Program-made: the position numbers and the translations under genes
Origin: a virus
Lineage: Duplodnaviria > Caudoviricetes
Length of the DNA: 59,030 nucleotides
Direction: 5' to 3' (one strand)
IMG/VR virus record: IMGVR_UViG_3300043775_003319
Span: 1-59,030 of that record
The notes under the pieces: generated by a model
What the model was told of the DNA's origin: nothing
Databases searched by the model: none
Seen by the model: the letters and a program-made list of their open reading frames with translations, nothing else
Shown: positions 7,555 to 18,394 of the stretch, piece after piece
How positions within the stretch are numbered: the first letter of the stretch is position 1
How the letters are laid out: each line of letters opens with the position of its first letter

Positions 7555-8067
7555 ATGGTAAGACTATTTGATATTCAGAACGGAACAGTTGTCCCAAGTG
7601 AACATTGTTATGTATTGCGAGATTTAAAAATGATAATTGACGCCTACCCAGATGATTATCAAAATGTATTTGCGTATTTATTTTATATGACTTGTCCAAA
7701 CCCTGATATGAATCCTTATTTTGATACGCAAGAACATGAAAAAGAAGAACTTATACTTTCGCAGCTTAATGTCAATTTTAGTACTGAAGATGATCTTATC
7801 GTTGATGCTCTCAAACTTTGTAGCAAATTGTATGAGACCCCTACGTTTCGTGCGTACATGGGTATTAAAAGTATGCTGGATCGTCTCGGAAGGTATATGG
7901 AGACTACTCCAATCGAACACGGTAGGGATGGTAATATTAATTCTATGGTTAATGCTGCAGCAAAGTTTGAGCAGATTAGAATATCGTTTAAAGGTGCGTA
8001 CAAAGACCTCATGGAAGAACAAAAAGGTTCTGCAAGAGGAGGAAGTCAAATAGCATATGATCAATAA
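7555..8067 (+). CDS. Conserved protein upstream of terL; possible terminase small subunit
   Basis: 170-aa helical ORF ending RGG...AYDQ; function inferred from position only. Confidence 0.6.
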   Translation: MVRLFDIQNGTVVPSEHCYVLRDLKMIIDAYPDDYQNVFAYLFYMTCPNPDMNPYFDTQEHEKEELILSQLNVNFSTEDDLIVDALKLCSKLYETPTFRAYMGIKSMLDRLGRYMETTPIEHGRDGNINSMVNAAAKFEQIRISFKGAYKDLMEEQKGSARGGSQIAYDQ

Positions 8068-8254
8068 TATTATGAAAGACAACGCTTTATACAATTGGAT
8101 GTTTCATTATAATCATCATACAGGTTTATGGAGTGCTTTTCATAGAGATGATCATAGTGCTTATTGGAATGGTACTATAAATGAACATGATGTTTATAAA
8201 CATACAGACGTTACAGAACTTATAAAAATTCTTAATACTTTTAAATGTATATAA
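8057..8254 (+). CDS. Hypothetical protein
   Basis: 65 aa (LYNWMFHYNHHTGLWSAF) filling the gap before terL and overlapping both neighbours. Confidence 0.65.
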   Translation: MINNIMKDNALYNWMFHYNHHTGLWSAFHRDDHSAYWNGTINEHDVYKHTDVTELIKILNTFKCI

Positions 8255-10446
8255 ATGTACCAACATACGACTACGCGACTGACGCATGGTCAATAACAGA
8301 TTTTGAAACAAGAGAAGATTTTGTAAAATTTATGTGGTCTGTGTTTAAAAAACCAGGTGAATATGAATTTGATGAATGTTCTCAGAAATTTAATGAACAA
8401 GCAATATTATTTAACAAAAATAATAAAGTTTATTGTTATGCACCAATGCGTTCTAAAGATTATGTAGCATATTGGGATGATCAAAAAGCAAAATGCAGAA
8501 ATGGTGTTATCTATAAAAATGGTAGCAAAACTTGGTATTTAACCAGAGAATACTACATGTGGTTAAATTTTTTACCAATCTACGATAAAGAAGAAGCACG
8601 ATTTGGATTTGCTAAAGTCAGAGATGCCCAGTATCATATGGCATTATATGAAGAACTTGGAAGACATTCATACAAACATGCTGTCGTATTAAAGAAACGT
8701 CAGATTGCATCCAGTTATTACCATGGTGCAAAAATGATAAATTACTTCTGGTTTGAAGAAGGATCTGTAAGTAAAATGGCAGGTTCGCTAAAAGATTATA
8801 TTAGTGAAAAAGGTACATGGCGTTTTCTTGAAGAATATAGAAACTTTCTTAATACATATACTGCATGGTACAGACCATGTACTCCGGATAAAGTTCTTAA
8901 CTGGGAACAAAAGATTGAAATCACTCAAGGTGGTAAAAAACGTGATATTGGACTAAAGTCTGTTATCTTTGGATTAGTACTTGATAAAGACCCTACTAAT
9001 GGCGTTGGGGGACCATGTACATTATTTTATCATGAAGAAGCAGGTATTGCTCCTAAGATGAATACTACAATGGAATATTTATTACCTGCAATGAAATCGG
9101 GTATGGTGTATACTGGGCAGTTTATTGCTGCTGGTTCTGTGGGAGATCTTACGCAATGCGAGCCTTTACGCGAAATGTTATTGAACCCTGATAGTAAAGA
9201 CATACTTGCTGTTGAAACAGATTTGTTAAACGACAAAGGTGAAATTGCACAATGTGGATTGTTTATTCCAGAACAGTGGTCGATGCTTCCATGCATAGAT
9301 GAATATGGAAATTCTCAGGTAGAAAAAGCAATTGAAATGATTCTTGAAGAAAGATTAGACTGGAAAAAGAAATTAAAACCAGATGACTATCAACTTCGTA
9401 TTTCTCAGAAACCTATTAACATTGAAGAAGCGTTTGCACATAGAACTAAATCTGTATTTCCACTTCATTTAGTTACACAACAATTAAGAAGAATTGAAGA
9501 AGGAGAATACTATAAAGAATTTTTAGAATTAAATCGTGACGAAACTGGTAAGATAGTTGCAAAAGAGTCTAAAAAAATTCCAATATCAGAATTTCCTATA
9601 TCACCAAAAACTCAAGATAAAGAAGGAGTTTTAGTAGTGTGGGAAAGACCTATTAAAGATCCTGGTTTTGGAATATATTACGCGTCTGTCGATCCTGTTG
9701 CTGAAGGAAAAACAAACACTTCTGATTCATTGTGTTCAATATACATATATAAAACATCTCAAGAAATAACAACACACAAGGCGGATGGCACAATTGAATC
9801 TACAATTGAACGTGATAGAATTGTTGCAGCATGGTGTGGAAGATTCGATGACTTAAATAAAACGCACGAGAGGCTCGAACTCATCATTGAATGGTATAAT
9901 GCTTGGACAATATGTGAAAACAACGTCAGCGCCTTTATTCAGCACATGATTGCGCGTAGAAAACAAAAGTACTTAGTGCCAAAAACACAAATCATGTTTT
10001 TAAAAGAAATACAAGCAAACATGAATGTGTTTCAAGAGTATGGTTGGAAAAACGTAGGGACAATGTTTAAAGTAAATATCATTCCGTATGGTAAACAATT
10101 TCTTGAAGAAGAACTGGATCATGAAACTAAAACAGACGGTACAATTGTAAAAACTACATATGGTGTTGAAAGAATACCTGATGTAATGTTGCTTAAAGAA
10201 ATGGCTGCATATCGCGATGGATTGAATGTCGATAGAATTGTATCATTCTGTGCATTAGTTGCATTTGCAAAAGTACAAGAATCAAATAGAGGTTATACAA
10301 AACGTGTTGAAAGAGAAGAGGGTTATTTGGATAAATCAAATAAAAATGTTAAATTGAGAGTGAGTCCTTTTCGACATTATGGTGCTACTCAATCAAGTAA
10401 CTCTACAATGCAACGATCAAGAAATCCTTTTAAAAATTTAAAGTAA
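8245..10446 (+). CDS. terL: Terminase large subunit
   Basis: Walker A-like LKKRQIASS, Walker B-like FYHEEAG, nuclease motifs ASVDPV, CENN and NVDRIVS; lies directly upstream of the portal gene. Confidence 0.93.
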   Translation: MYINVPTYDYATDAWSITDFETREDFVKFMWSVFKKPGEYEFDECSQKFNEQAILFNKNNKVYCYAPMRSKDYVAYWDDQKAKCRNGVIYKNGSKTWYLTREYYMWLNFLPIYDKEEARFGFAKVRDAQYHMALYEELGRHSYKHAVVLKKRQIASSYYHGAKMINYFWFEEGSVSKMAGSLKDYISEKGTWRFLEEYRNFLNTYTAWYRPCTPDKVLNWEQKIEITQGGKKRDIGLKSVIFGLVLDKDPTNGVGGPCTLFYHEEAGIAPKMNTTMEYLLPAMKSGMVYTGQFIAAGSVGDLTQCEPLREMLLNPDSKDILAVETDLLNDKGEIAQCGLFIPEQWSMLPCIDEYGNSQVEKAIEMILEERLDWKKKLKPDDYQLRISQKPINIEEAFAHRTKSVFPLHLVTQQLRRIEEGEYYKEFLELNRDETGKIVAKESKKIPISEFPISPKTQDKEGVLVVWERPIKDPGFGIYYASVDPVAEGKTNTSDSLCSIYIYKTSQEITTHKADGTIESTIERDRIVAAWCGRFDDLNKTHERLELIIEWYNAWTICENNVSAFIQHMIARRKQKYLVPKTQIMFLKEIQANMNVFQEYGWKNVGTMFKVNIIPYGKQFLEEELDHETKTDGTIVKTTYGVERIPDVMLLKEMAAYRDGLNVDRIVSFCALVAFAKVQESNRGYTKRVEREEGYLDKSNKNVKLRVSPFRHYGATQSSNSTMQRSRNPFKNLK

Positions 10447-10476
10447 AATATATAACTTCGTCAAAATATATAAATT

Positions 10477-13224
10477 ATGCCAAAAATATATAATGCATTA
10501 CAGTTAAAAGCTGGTGCAAAATCAGAATATAACAGAATGGGTACAATCACCCAACCTGTTCAATTTTTGTTAACAAAAGACAAAGATGAGACATGGGGTG
10601 CATGGAACATGGACTGGCATGAAATGCAAGGTTTAAAACAAATTAGACGTAACGCAAGACGCCTAATGAAAAACTATAAACTTGCAAATGGTATAATTGA
10701 CAAATCTGATTATATTGTTGAAGAAGATAACGAAATGTCAAATTTAATTGACACTCTTACAAAAGAAGACGAATCTGCGTTTGAGTTAAAGTTTTTTCCA
10801 ATTATACCTAACGTTATTAATGTACTCACAGGTGAATTTGCAAAGCGTAATGATAGAATTACGTATCGTGCTGTAGATGATGCTTCTTTTAATGAGATGG
10901 CAGAAATGAAAAGAAGCATGATTGAAGAAACACTTGTTAGTTATGGTGAGCAAAAAATGCAAGAAACCATTGCTCAAATGGGATTAGATTTGGAAGATCC
11001 AGAGCAATCACAACAAGCGCAACAAATGATGTCGCCTGAAAATGTAAAATCATTACCTGAAATAGAACAGTTCTTCAAAAAAGATTATCGTTCAATGATT
11101 GAACAATGGGCAACACATCAGCATGAAGTTGATAGTGAACGCTTTACAATGAAAGAACTTGAAAATCTTGCATTTAAAGACATGCTTATTGCAGACAGAG
11201 AGTTTTGGCATTTTAACATGCGCGAAGACGATTACGAACTTGAGCTGTGGAATCCATTATTAACCTTTTATCACAAGTCGCCAGAAGCAAGATATATTTC
11301 ACAATCCAACTGGGCAGGTCGTATGGACCTTATGACTATTTCTGACATCATTGATAAGTATGGTTACATGATGAATGAAGAACAGCTTGCAGCACTTGAA
11401 GTAATTTATCCGGTAAAATCAGCAGGATACATGCTTCCAGGCGTACAAAACGATGGTTCATTTTACGATGCAACACGTTCGCATGAATGGAATGTGGAAG
11501 GACCTTCTTTAGGAATGCGTCAGTTTATCGCACATAGAGATGCAATATTAAACACAGGAGATGATATTATTTATAGAATTTTAAACGAGTCTGAAGACTT
11601 AATGGATTTTAGTAATTATTCTTTATTGCGTGTAACAACTGTTTATTGGAAATCTCAACGTATGGTAGGACATCTTACAAGATTAGATGAAGAAGGAATA
11701 CCAATGGAAATGATTGTAGATGAAAACTATAAAGTTACTAGCAAACCTTTATATGACAACACTGTACTTAAAAACAAAACAAAAGACAATTTATTATATG
11801 GAGAACATATTGATTGGATATGGATCAATCAAACGTGGGGTGGTATTAAAATTGGACCAAATAGACCGTCATTCTATGGTAATAACGACAGCACTGGATT
11901 TTCTCCAATATATCTCAATGTTAAACCTGTAAGATTTCAGTTTAAAGGAGACTTTACATTATATGGTTGCAAGTTACCGGTAGAAGGTGCTGTGTTTACA
12001 GATAGAAATACTAAATCAAGATCTCTTATTGATAAAATGAAACCTTATCAAATAGGATATAATTTGGTTAACAATCAGATTGCAGATATTCTTGTAGACG
12101 AATTAGGTACAGTTATTATGTTGGATCAGAATGCTTTACCACGTCACTCAATGGGTGAAGATTGGGGTAAAAACAATTTGGCAAATGCATATGTTGCAAT
12201 GAAGAATTTTCAAATGTTACCATTAGATACTTCTATTACCAATACAGAAAATGCTTTAAACTTTCAACATTATCAAGTATTAAACCTTGAACAAACACAA
12301 AGGTTGTTATCTCGTATTCAACTTTCTACATATTTTAAAAATCAAGCATTTGAAGCAATTGGTATTACACCTCAACGTCTTGGCGGAGCAACTTCTCAAG
12401 AAACAGCAACAGGTGTAACACAAGCACTAAATGCTTCTTACTCGCAAACAGAAATGTATTTTGTACAACACTCAGAATACTTAATGCCTCGTGTACATCA
12501 AATGCGCACAGATCTTGCGCAATACTATCATAGTAATAAACCAAGTATTAGATTGCAGTACATGACAGGCATGGATGAAAAAGTAAATTTTGAAATCAAT
12601 GGTACTGAATTGTTGTCGCGAGAATTAAACGTGTTTACTTCTACAAAAGTAAATCAACGTATGATTACTGAACAAATCAGACAACTTGCATTATCTAATA
12701 ATACAGCAGGAGCTTCTATATTTGATCTTGGTAATATTATTAAAGCAGACTCAATGGCTGAAATTACACATACTCTTAAAGCAATTGAAGAAAAGGTTAA
12801 TGCACAACGTGAGCAAGAACAACAATCTCAACAACAAATGGTTGAAATGCAACAACAAGCTGAAACTGAAAGACAAGATAAAAAACTTGCTTTTGAAGCT
12901 GAACAAAATCAATTAGATCGTGATAATAGTTTACGCGAAGCTGAAATACGTTCTGCAGGATATACAGGTATGCAAGACATGAATGAAAACAAACAATCAG
13001 ATTACATTGACACTTTAAAGTATCTTGATGAAAAGAATGCTCGTAATGAAAACATGTCTTTACAACGCGATAAAGAAATTAACCAACAAGTAAGCGAACA
13101 ACGTAAAGCTAATTTACAGCAACAAGAAATTCAGTCTCGTGAGCGAATTGCTGACAAACAAGTGCAGATTGCAGCAATGAATAAGAACAGATATGATCAA
13201 AAAAGCACACCTAAGAAGAAGTAA
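10477..13224 (+). CDS. Portal protein
   Basis: 915 aa after terL; FPIIPNVINVLTGE, SLIDKMKPYQIGYN and GITPQRLG motifs plus a Q/E-rich C-terminal barrel helix. Confidence 0.88.
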   Translation: MPKIYNALQLKAGAKSEYNRMGTITQPVQFLLTKDKDETWGAWNMDWHEMQGLKQIRRNARRLMKNYKLANGIIDKSDYIVEEDNEMSNLIDTLTKEDESAFELKFFPIIPNVINVLTGEFAKRNDRITYRAVDDASFNEMAEMKRSMIEETLVSYGEQKMQETIAQMGLDLEDPEQSQQAQQMMSPENVKSLPEIEQFFKKDYRSMIEQWATHQHEVDSERFTMKELENLAFKDMLIADREFWHFNMREDDYELELWNPLLTFYHKSPEARYISQSNWAGRMDLMTISDIIDKYGYMMNEEQLAALEVIYPVKSAGYMLPGVQNDGSFYDATRSHEWNVEGPSLGMRQFIAHRDAILNTGDDIIYRILNESEDLMDFSNYSLLRVTTVYWKSQRMVGHLTRLDEEGIPMEMIVDENYKVTSKPLYDNTVLKNKTKDNLLYGEHIDWIWINQTWGGIKIGPNRPSFYGNNDSTGFSPIYLNVKPVRFQFKGDFTLYGCKLPVEGAVFTDRNTKSRSLIDKMKPYQIGYNLVNNQIADILVDELGTVIMLDQNALPRHSMGEDWGKNNLANAYVAMKNFQMLPLDTSITNTENALNFQHYQVLNLEQTQRLLSRIQLSTYFKNQAFEAIGITPQRLGGATSQETATGVTQALNASYSQTEMYFVQHSEYLMPRVHQMRTDLAQYYHSNKPSIRLQYMTGMDEKVNFEINGTELLSRELNVFTSTKVNQRMITEQIRQLALSNNTAGASIFDLGNIIKADSMAEITHTLKAIEEKVNAQREQEQQSQQQMVEMQQQAETERQDKKLAFEAEQNQLDRDNSLREAEIRSAGYTGMQDMNENKQSDYIDTLKYLDEKNARNENMSLQRDKEINQQVSEQRKANLQQQEIQSRERIADKQVQIAAMNKNRYDQKSTPKKK

Positions 13225-13347
13225 ATTAGATTATAGCGTTATAGTCGAAAAAAGTTAAAATTATTATTTCGTAATTATAAATCTTTAAGATTTATTTACG
13301 TAGATTATATATGAAGAAGAAATAGAAAATAACTAACACTTTAAAAC

Positions 13348-14613
13348 ATGACAAAAGACACTGCCAACGATCCGACTGTTGATAATGTAAGTATTGACAA
13401 CATTGATGATTTTTTACCGATGCCTGGTGCAGACAGTATTGTAACATCAGAAGAAGATGACAATGGTTCAAAACCTAATATGTTTTCTTCTAATAACAAA
13501 CCTGTTAACATGGATTTTTTAGATGAAGATCCTGCTAAAAGAAAAAATGAAAATGAAGATGAAGACACGATTAGTGCTATTGCTGAGTTAGATACAGCAT
13601 TAGAATCAGGTGATGATGATGATGATTTAAAATCAAAACCTGGAAGAAAAAAAACTGATAAAAGCGGATTAGTTGATTTCTTGAAAAAAAGAATTGAAGG
13701 TAATGAGATGTTTGCGTTTGATGACTATGATGACACAAAACAATCATTAGATGAGTATCTTGGAAGTCTTTCTGAGAAAGATGTTGAAGATTTATGGAAA
13801 GCAAATGTTGACAACATGAAAAATGAAGTTGCAGCTGCAACACCAAAAGAGTTCTTTGAAAGCTTACCTGAAGAATTACAATATGCTGCAGAGTATGTTG
13901 CAAAAGGAGGACAAGATTTAAAAGGATTATTTAGAGCACTTGCACAAGTTGAAGAAGTTAGAACATTGGATCCACGTCAACCTGAGCACCAAGAAATGAT
14001 TGTTAGACAATATTTGCAAGCATCAGGATTTGGTAATGGTGATCAAGAATTAATTGAAGATCAGATTCAAGAATGGTTTGATAATGGTAATTTGCAAAAG
14101 AAAGCTTTACAGTTTCAACCTAAATTGAATGATATGCAAGAAGAAGTTGTACAAGCAAAACTTGCACAACAAGAATCATTTAAACAAGAACAACAGGCAA
14201 AAAAAGAAGCATATATGCAAAACATATATGAAACTTTAAAACCTGCAGAATTAAATGGTATAAAAATAGATAACAAAAGACAAAAAATGTTGTGGGATGA
14301 ACTTACAACAGTTAAATATGAAAGTCTTACTGGTAGACCTACTAATTTACTTGGTAAGTTGTTAGAAGATTATCAGTTTGGTCAAAAACCTAGATATGAT
14401 TTAATTGCTGAAACATTATGGTTACTTTCTGATCCAGACGATTATAAAGAAAGCATTAGAAAACAAGCAAAAAATGAAGTGGTTCAAGACACAGTGAAAA
14501 AATTAAAAACAGAAGAAGCACGTAAATTGTCTTCATATGTTAAAGAAGAAGTTGAAGAAAAAACACCTTCAAAAAAATTGAGTAAACCTCAAAATATATT
14601 TAGTAGACGCTAA
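13348..14613 (+). CDS. Acidic protein between portal and capsid genes (scaffold-like)
   Basis: D/E-rich N-terminus and helical C-terminus; conserved crAss-like position. Confidence 0.65.
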   Translation: MTKDTANDPTVDNVSIDNIDDFLPMPGADSIVTSEEDDNGSKPNMFSSNNKPVNMDFLDEDPAKRKNENEDEDTISAIAELDTALESGDDDDDLKSKPGRKKTDKSGLVDFLKKRIEGNEMFAFDDYDDTKQSLDEYLGSLSEKDVEDLWKANVDNMKNEVAAATPKEFFESLPEELQYAAEYVAKGGQDLKGLFRALAQVEEVRTLDPRQPEHQEMIVRQYLQASGFGNGDQELIEDQIQEWFDNGNLQKKALQFQPKLNDMQEEVVQAKLAQQESFKQEQQAKKEAYMQNIYETLKPAELNGIKIDNKRQKMLWDELTTVKYESLTGRPTNLLGKLLEDYQFGQKPRYDLIAETLWLLSDPDDYKESIRKQAKNEVVQDTVKKLKTEEARKLSSYVKEEVEEKTPSKKLSKPQNIFSRR

Positions 14614-14656
14614 TTAATAACAAACAATATTAACCTTAATTTAATTTAATTACACA

Positions 14657-16300
14657 ATGGCAACACCTGTTTTAAACAATGGTCTCTTCTTGCGTGACAC
14701 AACTTACAAGGTAAGTTCGCATGTAGACTCATACCATTTGCAAAATATGCTAAGATCATCTGAACCTATGGATTTAGGTCCTGTTGATTTATGGGCAATG
14801 ACGCAAAAGGTAGAAATGCCTCTTTATCAGATGGCATCTTTTGGTGGTAAAAACACCATCATGGTAGACAATGCTCGTGGAGAGTACAAATGGCAAACGC
14901 CTATCGTACAAGATCTTCCTTACATTGTTGAAGATGTAGAACCTACTCAAACTGCTTTAGGAGCTGATGGAGTATCTTTCAAAATCAAAATTAACAGACG
15001 TATATTTGGATCTGGTGATATTATCACTTATGACAAATATAAAGGTCTTGAGTTGTACGTTTTACCAACAGAGGATATTCTTCCTACAGGAGATGGTTTT
15101 ATCTACACTGTTCAATTGGTAAACAACAACAACACTGCAACCTTAGATAAAAAATATCTTAAACCAGGAACCAAATTCTTTAGAAAAGGTTCTGCTCGTG
15201 GTGAGTATGGTGAAAAATTCTCAGACATCGGAGAATTACAAAATGGTTTCCGTGAGTATTATAACTTCGTAGGAGGTGCTGAAGCTCACGTACACTATTC
15301 TATTTCTTCTCGTGCTGACATGATGATGAAAGGTGGTTTAAATGCTGATGGTACAGTTCCTGTAACAGAAATTTGGAAATCATTTGATAAAAACCTTGAT
15401 CCATCTATCACAAAGATTGATGACATGGTGAAAGCAATGGGTAAAGATTACATCAAAAAATCTTACGATAATGGTAATTTAACTCGTTCTTTCGTTACAA
15501 ACTTAGAAGCAGCTCACTTATCAAAAGTTGCAAATGACATCGAAACTTACTTAATGTGGGGACAAGGTGGTAGAATTAAACAAGATGGTCCAGATGATAT
15601 TAGATTATCAGTAGGACTTTGGTCTCAGTTAGATAACTCATTTAAGAGAATCTACAACAAGTCAACTTTCAATTTAGAGTTGTTCCGTTCTGAGATTTTT
15701 AATTTCTACAACGGTAAAGTTGAATTCAAAGGACCAGATCCAGGTCGCCAAATCATTGTTCAAACTGGTATGGCTGGTATGAGAATGGTTAACGAAGCAA
15801 TCAAAAAAGAAGCATTTACTGCTAACTTAGGTTCTGGATTAATTGCAAATATGGATAAATCTGGTGTTGGTGCTATTTCTGGTAACAACGCAATGGATTT
15901 AAACTTTGGATTTGCGTTTACAAGTTATACAATTCCATTCTTGGCAAATGTTAAATTTGTATTGAATCCTGCATTTGACAACGTTCACACAAATGATATT
16001 GAAAATCCAATCATTGATGGATACCCATTATCATCTTACAACTTCATTGTATTTGATATTACTGATAATACAAATGATAATATCTTCTTGTTAAAACTTA
16101 AATGGGATAGCGAGATGAAATGGTTCTACCAAAATGGTACTATGGACTATATGGGTAGATCACAAGGATTTGCATCTTCTGGAAACTTCAATGGTTATAG
16201 AGTATTTATGACTCAAACAATGCCAAGTATCTGGGTAAAAGATCCAACTAAAGTGTTAAAAATTGTTATGAGAAACCCTATCACAGGTGGTTCATTCTAA
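14657..16300 (+). CDS. Major capsid protein
   Basis: 547 aa at the crAss-like MCP position; codons typical of high expression (ttc, atc, aac); ends WVKDPTKVLKIVMRNP. Confidence 0.85.
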   Translation: MATPVLNNGLFLRDTTYKVSSHVDSYHLQNMLRSSEPMDLGPVDLWAMTQKVEMPLYQMASFGGKNTIMVDNARGEYKWQTPIVQDLPYIVEDVEPTQTALGADGVSFKIKINRRIFGSGDIITYDKYKGLELYVLPTEDILPTGDGFIYTVQLVNNNNTATLDKKYLKPGTKFFRKGSARGEYGEKFSDIGELQNGFREYYNFVGGAEAHVHYSISSRADMMMKGGLNADGTVPVTEIWKSFDKNLDPSITKIDDMVKAMGKDYIKKSYDNGNLTRSFVTNLEAAHLSKVANDIETYLMWGQGGRIKQDGPDDIRLSVGLWSQLDNSFKRIYNKSTFNLELFRSEIFNFYNGKVEFKGPDPGRQIIVQTGMAGMRMVNEAIKKEAFTANLGSGLIANMDKSGVGAISGNNAMDLNFGFAFTSYTIPFLANVKFVLNPAFDNVHTNDIENPIIDGYPLSSYNFIVFDITDNTNDNIFLLKLKWDSEMKWFYQNGTMDYMGRSQGFASSGNFNGYRVFMTQTMPSIWVKDPTKVLKIVMRNPITGGSF

Positions 16301-16517
16301 TATTAACTTTTGCAAACCAGGAGGTTGATTAGTCCTCCTGGTCACTGCAAATAAAGAGATGTCCTCTCTCCCTGAAGTTGACACTGTCATCTTCTGTGCT
16401 TGCTGAAAATGCAAGTACTCCTCCTAAGATGTAACAACCTTGACGTGGTTTAGGAGCTTTAAACTAAAAGTTACAAAAAAAGAGAAAAGAAGAATATAAC
16501 CAACTTAATTAAAAAAC

Positions 16518-17534
16518 ATGGAAGTAACAGTAATCGACAAACATCAGTCGTTAAAAAGAAACAGTTCATTGACAATTAGACCATATGTGGACACACAAAT
16601 GGCAAACATGGGATTAGAAAAATATCAAATGGCATTATTTGAAGGAGTTTTTCATGAAGAATCATTAGCATGTCTTGAATACAATGGTATTAGAAGATAT
16701 GTTTCAGGATTAAATGAATTTGCACCAGAAATCAAATTAATGAATCCTGATGATGCAGCTGCTGCAATTAAAGATATTAGAAAAACTGTAGCGCAATTAG
16801 AAAAAGATTTGGCAGCAAATGTTTTAAATGTTGATGATGTAGATTTTTGGAATAAAGTAAAATTACTTAGACCTGACAATGATGAGTTTTGGAGCAAGAT
16901 TACAATGAGATTTAGTAATGAACCAGTTTATTTAGATCCTGTATCTGATCCATATGATTTGATAAAATTACGCGGTATTGAAGCTGGTGGTTTTTCAATT
17001 GTGGCAAAATCATTAGAAGCAGCAAGAAACTCTGCAGTACCGTACAAGTTTTATTTAGACAAGTATGAAGAAACTGCATCTATTAGAACAGAAGTTAAAA
17101 AACTTAGAAACAAAGCATTATCAGAATTACAAAAATTATTTGATAAGAATGCTAACAAATTATTCTATATCTGTAAAGTGATTGATGGAAATTCAACACA
17201 ATACAAAAAATCTACACCGCTTGATGTGATGTATGAAAATATGGATAGTTACATTAATGGTGACACTGTAGATAAAGACAAGCGTAAAACAGCTGGCAAG
17301 TTTTTAGAAATTGCTGCATTAGATATGGAAACATTAAAGCTAAGAGCAATTGTTAAAGATGCTAATTTTTACAAGTTGATTTCTACAAGAGGTGATGGAT
17401 ACATCTATCATTTAAAGTCAGGAAGCATGATTGGTAAAAATCCTTCTGATGTTGTACTGTTCTTGAAAAACCCATTAAACGATGAGATTTTGTCAGAACT
17501 TACGTTGACAACAGAAAAATATTGGAACATGTAA
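16518..17534 (+). CDS. Conserved protein following the MCP gene
   Basis: 338-aa ORF at the conserved post-MCP position. Confidence 0.75.
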   Translation: MEVTVIDKHQSLKRNSSLTIRPYVDTQMANMGLEKYQMALFEGVFHEESLACLEYNGIRRYVSGLNEFAPEIKLMNPDDAAAAIKDIRKTVAQLEKDLAANVLNVDDVDFWNKVKLLRPDNDEFWSKITMRFSNEPVYLDPVSDPYDLIKLRGIEAGGFSIVAKSLEAARNSAVPYKFYLDKYEETASIRTEVKKLRNKALSELQKLFDKNANKLFYICKVIDGNSTQYKKSTPLDVMYENMDSYINGDTVDKDKRKTAGKFLEIAALDMETLKLRAIVKDANFYKLISTRGDGYIYHLKSGSMIGKNPSDVVLFLKNPLNDEILSELTLTTEKYWNM

Positions 17535-17544
17535 TTGATAAAAT

Positions 17545-17667
17545 ATGTCTTTTAATAAAAAACAATTAGGTAAAGATGCTGCAGAAGCAAAAAAACCTAT
17601 CAGCAAACAACAATTGAAACCTATCATACCACCTATGAAAAAAGGTGGTATGACAAAAAAATGCTAA
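17545..17667 (+). CDS. Small basic peptide (40 aa) missed by the ORF track
   Basis: MSFNKKQLGKDAAEAKKPISKQQLKPIIPPMKKGGMTKKC fills the gap between two genes. Confidence 0.65.
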   Translation: MSFNKKQLGKDAAEAKKPISKQQLKPIIPPMKKGGMTKKC

Positions 17668-17678
17668 AATAAAACGCG

Positions 17679-18389
17679 ATGACCAATAACTTATTACAAA
17701 TAAAAATAAAACAAAGGTTGAATAAACTAGCGTCATTTGATTATGATAATATTGAATGTTGGCAAATTTCTGAAGCGTTTAATAAAGCACAACTTGAATG
17801 GTTTCGTAGACAAGTTCATGGACACAACCAAGGTAAAGAAGGAGATGAGTCTACAAAAATGAATATTGACGATGTTCAATTAATGATTGTAGATACAGGA
17901 ACAACATGGAGTGCTACAAAACACGACAAGTATTATGAAACAGCTGCTTTACCAGATGACTATTTGTATTTTAAAAGAGTATCTGTTGATTGTATTTCTG
18001 AATGCTGTCCTGAACCAAGACCTTTGATTACATATCTTGCGCAGGTAGGTGATGTAGATAATTTACTAGTTGATAATTTCAGAAGTCCTAGCGCTGCTTG
18101 GGGGGAAACATTTTGTACAATTCAGAATAACAAAATTAAAATATATACAAATGACGAGTTTGAATTAGGAAAACCTGTTTTGTATTATTTTAGAAAACCT
18201 TTGGATATACAATTTTTAGGATGTGTTAATCCTAATACAGGAATTGCTTCTACAGTAAATGTTGATTGTGAATTTAAAGATGATATTGCTGAATTAATAA
18301 TTGATGAAGCAGCTTCTATTTTAGCAGGTGATATAGAGTCAATGAATCAGTATCAAAGAAACAAACAAAACGCAACATTAAATAATTAA
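17679..18389 (+). CDS. Putative ring / head-tail adaptor protein
   Basis: 236 aa with IxEAFNKAQ, LPDDYL, YFRKP and ELIIDEA, patterns typical of podophage ring/adaptor proteins. Confidence 0.6.
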   Translation: MTNNLLQIKIKQRLNKLASFDYDNIECWQISEAFNKAQLEWFRRQVHGHNQGKEGDESTKMNIDDVQLMIVDTGTTWSATKHDKYYETAALPDDYLYFKRVSVDCISECCPEPRPLITYLAQVGDVDNLLVDNFRSPSAAWGETFCTIQNNKIKIYTNDEFELGKPVLYYFRKPLDIQFLGCVNPNTGIASTVNVDCEFKDDIAELIIDEAASILAGDIESMNQYQRNKQNATLNN

Positions 18390-18394
18390 AAAAA

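Noticed and set aside
8245-16300. Introns or inteins in terL, portal or MCP
   Set aside because: The ORFs are continuous and of ordinary length, with no intein termini or homing endonuclease motifs seen.
16280-16300. MCP C-terminal ITGGSF as part of the GG linker code
   Set aside because: It lacks the K/Q/E two residues before GG and the paired second motif; a single GG is expected by chance.
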